From Candidatus Schekmanbacteria bacterium (GTDB taxonomy: Bacteria; Schekmanbacteria; GWA2-38-11; J061): a stretch of DNA of 64,000 nucleotides. Of the stretch, positions 18,833 through 29,179 are shown one piece after another. Each line of letters opens with the position of its first letter. Position 1 is the stretch's first letter. The stretch covers positions 31,857-95,856 of the forward strand of contig JACRJM010000015.1 of NCBI GenBank assembly GCA_016219965.1. Direction: 5' to 3'. Made by a program: the position numbers and the translations under genes. The notes under the pieces are model-generated. The model did not search any database, had not been told where the DNA came from, and saw only the letters and a program-made list of their open reading frames with translations.

Positions 18833-20311
18833 ATGTTAGAAATATTAAAAAAACTTGGAAAACATTCAGCGATATACGCGTGTAGTGATATCTTAGAAAA
18901 ATCAATAGGATTTCTTCTTATCCCTCTATATACAAAGTATCTTAGTCCCGCCGATTATGGAATTATTGAACTTCTGTCAATAAATTTAAACATGATGATT
19001 CTTATTTCGGTTCAAGGGATGACATCATCTTTTTTTAGAGCTTATTCATTTGACTGGGATAATGATATAGAAAGAAAGGAGGTAGTAACTACAGCGTATT
19101 TTTATACGGTTTTTTCTGCATTCGTTATTTTCAGTTTGTTGTATCTACTATCAGAAAAAATAAGCATAATAGTATTTTCAGATTCTAAATATAATTTTCT
19201 TTTATCATTAACTTTCATATCTGGATTTTTTAGAGTTTCTACTTATATCCCATTTCAAGTACTTAGAGCTAATTCAAAATCTATTACTTTTTCAATTATT
19301 AATTTCACACAATTTCTTATAGGGGTTAGTTTGAATATCTTTTTCGTAGTCTATCAAAGATTAGGAGCTAATGGAGTATTTTACGCGAATGTCATTGTTT
19401 CAATAACAACATCATTAATAACATTTATCGTAATTAAAAAACATATAATATTTTCATTTTCATTTGATAAACTTAAACGAATGTTGTCTTTTGGTCTACC
19501 CTATGTTCCTTCAGGAATATTTCTCTGGATTATAACGGTCTCAGATCGATTTTTTATTCAATATTATTCTTCACAAACAGAGCTTGGTCTGTATTCGCTA
19601 TCATATAAATTTTCAAAAATAGCTGATCTTTTATTTGTCAATCCATTTATGCTTGTATGGCCATCAATTTATTTTCCTTTGGCAAAGGAGAAAAATGCAA
19701 GGGAATCGTTTTCCAAATTTATGAATATTTATTCGCTATTTATTGCATTTGGAGGATTGGGGCTAATTTTATTTACAGGGCCTGTAATTCATTTAATAAC
19801 ACCAAAAGCTTTTTGGAGGGCTAATGACGCTGTTTTCTTAATTGTATCTTCGTCTATTTTATACGGAGTACTTTTTGTTTTAAATGTGGGGATTGAGGTT
19901 ACAAGAAAAACCAAATTAAATGTTATAACAATTGGCAGTTCAGCGTTTTTTAACCTTTTATTAAATTATCTTTTAATACCTTCTTATGGTATGATGGGGG
20001 CTGCAGTTGCTACATTTGCGTCCTATGTATTTATGATAATAGTCGCACAAAAAATAAATGAAAAATATTATCCTATAAAATATGACTGGAATAAAGTTTT
20101 TAAAGTAGTTTTTGCGTTTACAGTAAGTATTTCTCTTTCATTTATTATAAAATCTGAAAATATATTAAATGATTTTTTATGTAAGTTACTGCTTTTATCT
20201 ATATATCCAATTATACTATATTTTTTAAAATACTTCAGCATTGCAGAAATAAAATCAATTAGGGAACTGTCCTTTCAGTTTATAGAAAAATTTAAATTGA
20301 AAGTGACGTGA
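18833..20311 (+). CDS. Oligosaccharide flippase (Wzx-like, MOP superfamily)
   Basis: 492 aa with ~12-14 TM helices, and the position typical for a polysaccharide biosynthesis protein. Confidence 0.6.
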   Translation: MLEILKKLGKHSAIYACSDILEKSIGFLLIPLYTKYLSPADYGIIELLSINLNMMILISVQGMTSSFFRAYSFDWDNDIERKEVVTTAYFYTVFSAFVIFSLLYLLSEKISIIVFSDSKYNFLLSLTFISGFFRVSTYIPFQVLRANSKSITFSIINFTQFLIGVSLNIFFVVYQRLGANGVFYANVIVSITTSLITFIVIKKHIIFSFSFDKLKRMLSFGLPYVPSGIFLWIITVSDRFFIQYYSSQTELGLYSLSYKFSKIADLLFVNPFMLVWPSIYFPLAKEKNARESFSKFMNIYSLFIAFGGLGLILFTGPVIHLITPKAFWRANDAVFLIVSSSILYGVLFVLNVGIEVTRKTKLNVITIGSSAFFNLLLNYLLIPSYGMMGAAVATFASYVFMIIVAQKINEKYYPIKYDWNKVFKVVFAFTVSISLSFIIKSENILNDFLCKLLLLSIYPIILYFLKYFSIAEIKSIRELSFQFIEKFKLKVT

Positions 20312-20323
20312 GAAGATTTACCT

Positions 20324-22018
20324 ATGTATCGATTAAAAAAAATTAGAGAAATAATGAGTAACAGAAAAAAAGAAATTATTCTTCTTTGTTTGATAATGGT
20401 TGTTGGATTTATTTTAAGGGTATGGAATATCTATCATAATTTGCCTTTTCTTCCAGATCCAGATGAACAGATGAATGTAAACAGAGCAGTTGCTTTTGGT
20501 AGTGGTGATTTAAATCCTCATAATTTTAAACATCCAGCAACCCATCAATATATTCTCTTTATACTCTTTGGGATATATTATTGCATTTCTTATGCAGTTG
20601 GAGCTATTTCATCAGTACATGACTTTGAATTAGAGTTTATTTCAGATCCAACAAATTTTTATTTAATTGCAAGACTTTTTATTGTTTTATTAGGAACTAC
20701 AACTCTTTTTTTGATTTATGTTATAGGGAAGGAAAACTATGGAAGTTCAACTGGTTTAATATCATCAATTCTTCTATCAGTTTCTGTTGCGCATGCAACA
20801 TATTTCATTCCCAAAGGAGAAATTCCAACTACTTTTTTTATATGTTTTTCATTTATATATATATTAAGAGTTTGCAAAGAAGGAAAAATAGAAAACTATA
20901 TTAAAGCCGGCATGTTATCCGGATTAGCTCTAGGTACAAAATATTATAGTGGTTTGTTAATAATTCCATTAATTGCAAGTCATTATTTTTATGTCTCTAA
21001 TACTAAATCTCGCATTTTAGATAAAAAAATATTCATAAGCACGTCTGTTATGGGTTTAACTTTCGTTATAACTAATCCATACGTTATTATAGATTATCAT
21101 ACATTTTACGAACATTTTATTTATCAGCTTAAATGGCCATCAATATATAGTGATACTCTTATTGGTTTTGGTGCTGGCCATATATTTTATTTAAAAAATA
21201 TATTTTCTTTTAGCTTAGGTTTGATATTAGGAATTATTTGCTTTATAGGAGTTATATTTGCTTCTTATATACATTCCAAGACTGATATTATTATTTTGTT
21301 ATTTATAATACCATTTTATTTTTTGTTGGGATTAACAAATTTACCATATTATAGATATTTAATTCCTATCATTCCTCTTGTTGTTTTGTTGGGTGCAAGG
21401 ACTGTAAATGTGTGTTTTCAGTCTTATCTGCAGGGTTTAAATTACAATATTAAATGTATTTGTGTTGTTGCAGTTTTAATCATTTCACCTTCATATAACT
21501 TGATAGAGTACAAAATTAAAACGAGCAAAAAAGATGTTAGAATTGCTGCAAAGGAGTGGATTGAAACAAATATCCCTGAAAATTCGAGAATATTGCTTTC
21601 AGGAAATAATGTTTCTATGACTAAGGCTGCACCTTTAGAAGATAGTCTAAACAGTTTAGAAGAAAAGAAAATAGAAAACAGAAATAGCGGAATTTGGGGA
21701 ATAAGCCTGAAAGGGTTGGAAAAATATTATAAACTTAAAATTGAGGCTAATAAATTGGGCTTAATTAAAAGTAAAAAGTATTATTTAACTTCTACTAAAA
21801 GTGGATTTAATGTTGAACCTATTGAGTACTATAAATTAAAAAAATATGATTATTTTGTATTGTCTGATGAAATAGAAGTCCCTTCATGGAGTCTGAAAAA
21901 AAAGAAAATGTATCCGAACGTAGTTAGCTTTTATAATTCACTTACATCAACATCTGTTTTACTGAAAGCTTTTGAGGACCAGGGAAGAATTATAAAAATA
22001 TATAAGTTAAAACAATAA
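20324..22018 (+). CDS. Glycosyltransferase family 39 / ArnT-like (PMT_2) polytopic membrane glycosyltransferase
   Basis: N-terminal region LRVWNIYHNLPFLPDPDEQMNVNRAV...FKHPATHQY fits the dolichyl-phosphate-mannose-protein mannosyltransferase-like family. Many TM helices. Confidence 0.5.
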   Translation: MYRLKKIREIMSNRKKEIILLCLIMVVGFILRVWNIYHNLPFLPDPDEQMNVNRAVAFGSGDLNPHNFKHPATHQYILFILFGIYYCISYAVGAISSVHDFELEFISDPTNFYLIARLFIVLLGTTTLFLIYVIGKENYGSSTGLISSILLSVSVAHATYFIPKGEIPTTFFICFSFIYILRVCKEGKIENYIKAGMLSGLALGTKYYSGLLIIPLIASHYFYVSNTKSRILDKKIFISTSVMGLTFVITNPYVIIDYHTFYEHFIYQLKWPSIYSDTLIGFGAGHIFYLKNIFSFSLGLILGIICFIGVIFASYIHSKTDIIILLFIIPFYFLLGLTNLPYYRYLIPIIPLVVLLGARTVNVCFQSYLQGLNYNIKCICVVAVLIISPSYNLIEYKIKTSKKDVRIAAKEWIETNIPENSRILLSGNNVSMTKAAPLEDSLNSLEEKKIENRNSGIWGISLKGLEKYYKLKIEANKLGLIKSKKYYLTSTKSGFNVEPIEYYKLKKYDYFVLSDEIEVPSWSLKKKKMYPNVVSFYNSLTSTSVLLKAFEDQGRIIKIYKLKQ

Positions 22019-22026
22019 CAGGCTAT

Positions 22027-23355
22027 ATGAAAAAAATATTGATGATAACGTTCTATTTTCCGCCAGCTAGTACAGCTGCAATTTTTAGGATACTTAGGTT
22101 TACAAAATATTTACCTGCTCTCGGTTTTGAGCCTGACATACTAACAGTAAAAAAGAAATATTATGATAAAAAAATAAGTTTTGATTATACAATTAAAGTT
22201 CCAAATAATATAAATGTTTATCGCAGCAATATGATAGGGTGGATAATCAATTGTTTTAGAATAAAGAGTTGCAAAAATAAAATATCTGATCAACAAACTA
22301 TTAAATCTAAAAATAAAAAGAAAAACTCATTTAAAACCTTTCAACAATTAGTTAAAGCAATATTCTTTCTTCCTGATAGCCAAGTTTGGTGGGTTCCAAT
22401 AGCAATATTAAAAGCTTTACGTATAAATTGTAAAAAAAAATATGATGTTATCTATACTACTGGTGCTCCATTTTCAACTCACTTAATAGGTATGTGTTTA
22501 AAAGGAATACTAAAAAAACCATGGATAGCAGATTTTAGAGATCCATGGGTTAGCAACCCAATAATAAAATGGAAGTTTAAAAGTATTAAAAATATAATTA
22601 AAAAAATGGAACAAAAGGTTTTGGAGAATGCAGATGCAATAGTAACAACAACCGAAGCTCTAGTAGATGATTTTAAGAAAAGATACCCAGATATTTCACC
22701 TGAAAAATATCATGTTATAACGAACGGATATGATTCTGAAGATTTTAAAAACATAGATATTGTAAATTATGAGAAATTTACAATAGTTTATACAGGTGTC
22801 CTTTATAGTTTTCATTCACTAACTCCTTTTTTAATAGCCCTAAATAAGCTTTTTGAACTGAGAAAAGAAATAAGAAATCATATTCAGGTAGTGATAATAG
22901 GACCTTTTAATTCTGAACATGTTAATGAAGTGGGGAAAAATAATTTAAATGATGTGGTGTTTTTGAAGGGTCTAATGCCTCATAATGAAACAATTAAGTA
23001 CATCATAGCTGCGCATCTTCTTCTTGTCACTCTTACAACTGATGAAGATAAATCTTTATTTATTCCAGGTAAAATATTTGAATACTTAGGGTCTGGAAGA
23101 CCTATTTTATCTATATCACCGGAAGGAGAATTAGCTGATATAGTTAGACGTAATTCCGCAGGAATAGTAATTGCACCAAAAAATATTAGAGGTATCTCTG
23201 AAGCCATTTCACTTTTTTATGATGAATATTTAATAGGCAACTATAAGGGTCGCGATAAAGGGTCTATAGAGATTTATGATGCGAAAAACCTTACTAATAT
23301 GTTATCAAAAGTTATAAATGATATTATTCAAAAAAAGGATGAAATCAGAGTTTGA
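22027..23355 (+). CDS. Glycosyltransferase (GT-B fold, family 1/4-like)
   Basis: No TM helices. Size and the C-terminal nucleotide-sugar binding-like region (GKIFEYLGSGRPIL) fit a GT-B fold; divergent. Confidence 0.45.
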   Translation: MKKILMITFYFPPASTAAIFRILRFTKYLPALGFEPDILTVKKKYYDKKISFDYTIKVPNNINVYRSNMIGWIINCFRIKSCKNKISDQQTIKSKNKKKNSFKTFQQLVKAIFFLPDSQVWWVPIAILKALRINCKKKYDVIYTTGAPFSTHLIGMCLKGILKKPWIADFRDPWVSNPIIKWKFKSIKNIIKKMEQKVLENADAIVTTTEALVDDFKKRYPDISPEKYHVITNGYDSEDFKNIDIVNYEKFTIVYTGVLYSFHSLTPFLIALNKLFELRKEIRNHIQVVIIGPFNSEHVNEVGKNNLNDVVFLKGLMPHNETIKYIIAAHLLLVTLTTDEDKSLFIPGKIFEYLGSGRPILSISPEGELADIVRRNSAGIVIAPKNIRGISEAISLFYDEYLIGNYKGRDKGSIEIYDAKNLTNMLSKVINDIIQKKDEIRV

Positions 23356-24587
23356 ATAGTCAATTTATGTTTCTTGTCTTATTCCTTGTTTTTATATTCT
23401 TTGACCCCCAAAATATTTTTACTTTCTTAAAGCCGCTAAGACTTGCATTTTTCTCTGGCTTATTTGTTTTTTTAAGCTCTGCTACTGCAATTATTAAAAA
23501 CTTTTTTAAAACCTCGCAAAGTTGTCTGTTTGTAATGTTTTATCTATTGGCATTATTCTCGGCTTTTAATTCCATTGAGTGGGATATGAGCAAGGGGATT
23601 ATATTTTTTCTATTAAAATGTATTTTACTCTACTTCGCAATTATTTCTATAGTAAATTCCTCGGATTTGCTTAAAAAATTTATTTGGATTCTTATTGTAT
23701 TTATTTCGTTAAATATTATTTTAACTATGTTATTTGCGAAGTTAGGCATTCATGGCTCCCGCGGTGAAGGTTGGAGGCTGAGATCTTTTTTTGCTGGTGA
23801 AGGCGATAGTTCAAATGGTTTTGCAATGATGATGCTCTCCTTTGTCCCTTTTCAATTTTATTCTCTAAACAGACAACAATCAAATGCAAAGAACTTTTTT
23901 TTAATTGTTGCCATCTTTGCAACAATGTTAGGGATACTTAGAACAAGGTCCCGTATGGGGTTTGTAGGTCTTGCTCTAATAATTATAATGATCTTATGGG
24001 ATAAGAAAAAACAAACAAAAATTGTATTTTGTGTACTTGCAGCAATTCTTATTGCAATACCATTTACGCATAAAAGAACGTGGGAAAGGTTTGACACAAT
24101 ATCTTCACAGGTTGAATCAACAGAAGACAAGGCTCTTGGTGGACGGATGATTCACTGGAAGGCTGCATTCCAGATTATAGAAGAATATCCATTTTTTGGT
24201 ACAGGAATTAATACTTTTTTAAAGGCACAAGAGGATGTTTTTATGTATGATAGTGATGCAGACACACAGCATGTTGCTCACAATGCTTACCTTCAAGTAT
24301 GGTCGGAGATGGGAATATTTGCTGTAGGTAGTTTTGCGTTGTTAATTTTGCTTTCAATAAAAGATTCCTGGTTGATTGAAAGAAAACTAAAAGACTATCC
24401 GCAATATTATTCAATCCATATTATTGCAAAATCCGTTCGAATGGGATTAATAGCCTTTCTGCTTTGTTTGATTATGCTGTCAGAACAATATAGCAGAATT
24501 TTATATTTGCTAATTGCCATAGCTGTGTCAGTTAAGAATGTCTATCAATCTGAAATAGCATCAAATATAGTTAAGAAGGAAAGCTAA
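23352..24587 (+). CDS. O-antigen ligase/polymerase-like membrane protein (Wzy/WaaL family; exosortase-system-associated)
   Basis: Ten or more TM helices with a periplasmic loop carrying an H-x-AHNAYLQ motif typical of the O-antigen ligase (Wzy_C) domain. Confidence 0.6.
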   Translation: MNSQFMFLVLFLVFIFFDPQNIFTFLKPLRLAFFSGLFVFLSSATAIIKNFFKTSQSCLFVMFYLLALFSAFNSIEWDMSKGIIFFLLKCILLYFAIISIVNSSDLLKKFIWILIVFISLNIILTMLFAKLGIHGSRGEGWRLRSFFAGEGDSSNGFAMMMLSFVPFQFYSLNRQQSNAKNFFLIVAIFATMLGILRTRSRMGFVGLALIIIMILWDKKKQTKIVFCVLAAILIAIPFTHKRTWERFDTISSQVESTEDKALGGRMIHWKAAFQIIEEYPFFGTGINTFLKAQEDVFMYDSDADTQHVAHNAYLQVWSEMGIFAVGSFALLILLSIKDSWLIERKLKDYPQYYSIHIIAKSVRMGLIAFLLCLIMLSEQYSRILYLLIAIAVSVKNVYQSEIASNIVKKES

Positions 24588-24596
24588 AACAATAAA

Positions 24597-25790
24597 TTGA
24601 TGCGACTATTTCTAAAAATTTTTTTGCAATTATTCTTTGCTGCGATTATTTTGTGTGAAACTGTTATTGGTAATGATAAGTGGAATGATTCATCGAACTC
24701 TAAAATGGCGTCTACACCTAAGTTTTTTGCAGTAGCTCTCGGTAAAGTAGATAATAAGAAACTATGCAATTCGGCGAATCTTTGTGATTTGATGATCTTG
24801 TCACCAACTTCATATCCTAAAATTCCATCTATATTAGAAGAAATAAACAAAAAAATTATCATTTTAGGATACTGCGAAACAATGAGCAGTGATGCAGGCA
24901 ATGAAGAGTTTATGGAACTGAATAAACATGAAGATTGGTTTCTACATGATGGAAATGGGAGAAGAATAAATGTCTATGTCAATAAAACGAATAAAAGATT
25001 TGGAATGGATAAGACAAAAGAAGGCTATCAGGAATGGTTAGCGAATAAGTGTAAAAAAATAATTGTAGCTGGATATGATGGTATTTTTCTCGATAATATT
25101 GGGGTTGTCTTTGGTTATAAAAATCCATTCAAATATTCTGGATTTCCAGTGGGGATTGATAATTCTAATTGGCAAAAGGGATCTATAAAATTGTTAGAAA
25201 AAGTGAAAGCAGCAGTTGGTAAAAAAAGTATTGTGGTTTTTAACCAAATATCAGGAGATGATAATAGTAAATTGTTTGGTTTAATAAAAAATAATAATGG
25301 TATGGATGCTATGACAGCGAGTATAAGTTTCGTTGATGCTTGTGATGGTGCGATGAAAGAAAATTTTTTTGATAACGGCAAGCAAATTAACGAAGAAGCT
25401 CCAAAATTTCTTGATCTTCTGAGAATACTGAATAAAAAAAATAAATATACGTTGTGTCTCAGCAGAGGTAACTCTGCAAGAGACGCAAAAACTCTCTATT
25501 GCCTCTATTTGTTGGCTTTGGATGGAGAGAATTCTTTTTTTTCTTATCAAATTGATTATAAAACGATTACGTGGTTTGATTTTTATGAAAAAGATTTAGG
25601 GGAGCCCTTAAATGAATATTCTAATTATAATGGGATAGGAATGAGAGAATATAAAAATGGGTTAGTTGTGGTTAATTTTAACAATATGGTAAAGCTGGTA
25701 AATTTACCGGGTGAATTTAGTAATGATAAAGGTCAGAAAATAAAAAGACTTACTCTTAATGGTAAAACAGGTGAATTGCTATTTAAGTAA
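24597..25790 (+). CDS. Secreted protein, possibly a GH114-like (TIM-barrel) polysaccharide hydrolase
   Basis: Signal peptide and a YDGIFLDNIG motif resembling GH114/PelA-type hydrolases. Weak. Confidence 0.3.
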   Translation: MMRLFLKIFLQLFFAAIILCETVIGNDKWNDSSNSKMASTPKFFAVALGKVDNKKLCNSANLCDLMILSPTSYPKIPSILEEINKKIIILGYCETMSSDAGNEEFMELNKHEDWFLHDGNGRRINVYVNKTNKRFGMDKTKEGYQEWLANKCKKIIVAGYDGIFLDNIGVVFGYKNPFKYSGFPVGIDNSNWQKGSIKLLEKVKAAVGKKSIVVFNQISGDDNSKLFGLIKNNNGMDAMTASISFVDACDGAMKENFFDNGKQINEEAPKFLDLLRILNKKNKYTLCLSRGNSARDAKTLYCLYLLALDGENSFFSYQIDYKTITWFDFYEKDLGEPLNEYSNYNGIGMREYKNGLVVVNFNNMVKLVNLPGEFSNDKGQKIKRLTLNGKTGELLFK

Positions 25791-26011
25791 AAATATTTGT
25801 AATAATATCAAGTATATAAGCTTTTTAAATTCCCATAAAAAGATACATTATTTATATATGCAAAATATTGCAAATTAAAAAACAAATTATGGATGTACCT
25901 TCCTTATATTATAGGCGAATGAAAGTTGCTTATAGCAATAAAATAGAAATTATTCATTACTTAGCTCTTATTGTACGACTAATTGCAGATAATTAAATCA
26001 ATCAATTTGTT

Positions 26012-27139
26012 ATGAAGAATAAAAAAAAAATATCAGTCATGAATATAATATCTTCACTTAGCGTAGGAGGAAGAGAAAAGGTTGTAATTGATATGCTTAA
26101 TGGTCTTAATGACGATATATTTACATTATCACTATGTTGTCTTAAGAAAGCAGGACCTATCTTAGATTATCTGAAAAATTCAAACATGGAATTATTTTTT
26201 TTAAATAAAAAAGATGGAATAGATTTTGGTATAATCTTTAAGTTAACTAAAATTTTGATGATGCAAAAGCCAGATATTGTTCATACACACAATCCAGGTG
26301 CTTTTATTTACGGGAGTATTGCTGCAAAGCTTGCAAATATACCCGTGATTGTTAACACAGAACATGGATATGGGAATGTTATTTCTTTAAAGAAAAAGAT
26401 GGTCGAGTATTATTTAATTAAACATACTTCAAAGACTATAGCTGTATCTGATGATTTGAAAAAAAAAATATCTGATGGTTCAGAATGGTGTCAAGACAAA
26501 ATAATAACTATCCATAATGGCATTGATTGCGAAAAATTCAAATCATATAAAGAAATAAGAAAAATACGAGAGTCTTTTAATTTTAAAGAGAATGATATAA
26601 TTGTTGGAAATGTGGCAAGGCTCTCGGAAGTTAAAGATCATAGGACTCTTATTGATGCCTTTTCAATTGTTTGCAGTAAATTTAACAATTCTAAACTTGT
26701 AATAGTTGGCGATGGTGAATTAAAGAAAGAGCTTGAGAATAAAGCTTCATGCAATGAACTTAAGGGAAGAGTCTATTTTCTCGGTGAAAGAAAAGATATA
26801 AATGACATTTTATCTATGCTCGATATATTTGTGCTTTCTTCTATAAGTGAAGGAATATCGATTTCTCTATTAGAAGCTATGGCATCAGGAAAGGCTATTA
26901 TAGCAACAAATGTTGGAGGTAATCCTGAAGTTGTAATTGATGGAAAGACGGGAATATTAGTGCCATCATCAAACCCAATTTTAATGGCAAATGCCATAGA
27001 AAGGCTAATAAGCGATAGAAATTTTAGTTTACAAATTTGTGAAGCAGCTAAAAAACATGTTAATGAAAAATTTAGCATAAAAGTAATGGTTAAACATATT
27101 GAAAATCTTTATGAAAATTTATTATTAAAAAATAATTAA
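26012..27139 (+). CDS. Glycosyltransferase family 4 (GT-B, RfaG-like)
   Basis: EGISISLLEAMASGKAIIATNVGGNPEVV is the canonical GT4 E-x7-E region. Confidence 0.8.
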   Translation: MKNKKKISVMNIISSLSVGGREKVVIDMLNGLNDDIFTLSLCCLKKAGPILDYLKNSNMELFFLNKKDGIDFGIIFKLTKILMMQKPDIVHTHNPGAFIYGSIAAKLANIPVIVNTEHGYGNVISLKKKMVEYYLIKHTSKTIAVSDDLKKKISDGSEWCQDKIITIHNGIDCEKFKSYKEIRKIRESFNFKENDIIVGNVARLSEVKDHRTLIDAFSIVCSKFNNSKLVIVGDGELKKELENKASCNELKGRVYFLGERKDINDILSMLDIFVLSSISEGISISLLEAMASGKAIIATNVGGNPEVVIDGKTGILVPSSNPILMANAIERLISDRNFSLQICEAAKKHVNEKFSIKVMVKHIENLYENLLLKNN

Positions 27140-27150
27140 TTATTCGCTAT

Positions 27151-29055
27151 ATGAAAATTATATTAAAAAATCATTATGTTATTGCTGTCAAAATTTTTTT
27201 TTATATTTCGATTTGTTTGAGTTTTATATTGGGGATTATTAGATCATTACTAATTATAGCATCAAATAATTATATTAATTTAAAATTTTATAAAAACATT
27301 TTATTTTCTTTTTTAAATGAAATAAACACATCCATTATTTATATATTTAAATTAACATCAATAGTAATAGTATTTTATTTGATTATTTATTATATCTTCA
27401 AAGATTTTAAAAAAACTATAAGTTTATTAATTGGAATCTTTATAAGTTTATATATTAATTTAACATTAATATATAACTTAAATAGATATACTTTTAAGGA
27501 TTATTGGAAAAGTGAGAAGAACTTTTTTGGATACAGCATACCAAATGCGATTTTCAGTCTAAAGATAATTTCTATCAATTTATTTTTTATTGTATCTATT
27601 ATAATAACTGCTTTTATTTTATTTAAACTACTATTGACTTTATTTAGTTCAAGCAAGTTATCAAATATAAAATCAATAAAATTAAGTAAAAAATATTTTG
27701 TAATATATTTTATTCTATTAATTCTAATATTTATAAATTTAGCGGGTTTTATAATTTGGAGAAACTCAACTAGTGGGATGAATATAGTTTTAATAACAGT
27801 AGATAGTCTTCGCGCGGATCATTTAGGTTGTTATGGTTATAATAAAAATACAAGTCCAAATATTGACAGATTGGCGGATAGCGGTGTTTTATTTTCAAGA
27901 TCAATATCACAAGCACCATGGACATTACCATCATACATGTCTATGTTAACATCAAAATATGTTTATGAACATGGTGTTGATGTAGCAAATAAGATCTTGA
28001 ATCCCCGTGTAATAACATTGGCAGAAATTTTAAGAGAAAACGGTTATTACACAGCAGGGTTTGTCAGTGCACCATTTCTGAAAAGGAGTTATGGTCTTGA
28101 CCAAGGATTTGATGTATACAACGAAGATGCAGCTGCATCCGTGAGTTCATGGTCACACAATGATATTACATCTCCAACTCTTACCAAACTTATTATTAGT
28201 TTTTTCAGACAAAACTCTTCTAAGAAATTTTTTCTATTTCTTCATTATTGGGATCCTCATTATGATTATATTCCTCCAAGTCCTTATGATAAATTGTTTG
28301 ATCCAGGGTATCAAGGTAATATGGATGGTCGTAAATTTAAGTTTAATAACAATTTCAAGGTTGGAATGGATGAAAGAGATTATAATCACATAGTTAGTCT
28401 TTATGATGGAGAAATCAGATGGACTGATATGCATATAGGCCTTTTATTAAAAGAGTTAAACAAATTAGGGTTAGAAAAGAAAACAATTATAATATTTACT
28501 TCAGATCATGGGGACGAGTTTTTAGAACATGGGTATAAAGGGCATGAACATAGTTTGTATGACGAATTAATACATGTACCATTAATCGTTAAATTGCCTG
28601 ATGTTAAGTTTAAAGCTAAAAAAATTGATACGACGGTTGAAACAATTGACATTAGTCCAACCATTCTAAATTTGGTTGGTATAGGTAGTTTAAATGATTT
28701 TAGGGGTGAATCGATATTACCTCTGATTTCAGGGGTTGGGGAATATACAAATTCTAAGGCAATTAGTGAAACATCTAAAGGTTTTTATGGTGAATATAAG
28801 TCTATAGAGATAGATAAGGTTAAATATATTGTTCGGTCAGATAAAAAAAATGAATTATACGATTTAAAAACTGACCCAACAGAGAAAAAAAACATCTATA
28901 AGGAACAATCAGAGTTAGGTAAACATTTCGAAAGTGAGATCTATAAACATTTATATCATAGAAATTCTGCTGATGATTCTAAAAAAGCTTTGATAAATAA
29001 TAAAATAAACAAGGAAACATCTGAGCAGTTAAAAACGCTTGGGTATATAAATTAA
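27151..29055 (+). CDS. Membrane-anchored sulfatase-like protein (alkaline phosphatase superfamily), paralog of 272-2116
   Basis: About 5 N-terminal TM helices, then VDSLRADHLGCYGY, SQAPWTLPSYMSMLTSKY and DHGDEFLEHGYKGH (sulfatase C-terminal His cluster). Confidence 0.65.
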   Translation: MKIILKNHYVIAVKIFFYISICLSFILGIIRSLLIIASNNYINLKFYKNILFSFLNEINTSIIYIFKLTSIVIVFYLIIYYIFKDFKKTISLLIGIFISLYINLTLIYNLNRYTFKDYWKSEKNFFGYSIPNAIFSLKIISINLFFIVSIIITAFILFKLLLTLFSSSKLSNIKSIKLSKKYFVIYFILLILIFINLAGFIIWRNSTSGMNIVLITVDSLRADHLGCYGYNKNTSPNIDRLADSGVLFSRSISQAPWTLPSYMSMLTSKYVYEHGVDVANKILNPRVITLAEILRENGYYTAGFVSAPFLKRSYGLDQGFDVYNEDAAASVSSWSHNDITSPTLTKLIISFFRQNSSKKFFLFLHYWDPHYDYIPPSPYDKLFDPGYQGNMDGRKFKFNNNFKVGMDERDYNHIVSLYDGEIRWTDMHIGLLLKELNKLGLEKKTIIIFTSDHGDEFLEHGYKGHEHSLYDELIHVPLIVKLPDVKFKAKKIDTTVETIDISPTILNLVGIGSLNDFRGESILPLISGVGEYTNSKAISETSKGFYGEYKSIEIDKVKYIVRSDKKNELYDLKTDPTEKKNIYKEQSELGKHFESEIYKHLYHRNSADDSKKALINNKINKETSEQLKTLGYIN

Positions 29056-29090
29056 ATTTCAGGAGATAATTATTAAATATTTTATCAGGC

Positions 29091-29109
29091 TACTATCAGC
29101 ATGATAGTA
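29091..29109. promoter_or_regulatory. Perfect 8-bp inverted repeat TACTATCA-gca-TGATAGTA in an intergenic region
   Basis: Read directly. Lies 36 nt after the sulfatase-like stop and 70 nt before the next GT4 start. No T-tract follows, so an operator is more likely than a terminator. Confidence 0.3.
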
Positions 29110-29179
29110 ATCTAAAATCATACTAATGAAAAATGCAAAATATTTAGAAACCCCACATAAAAAAAGTAAATAGTATTCA

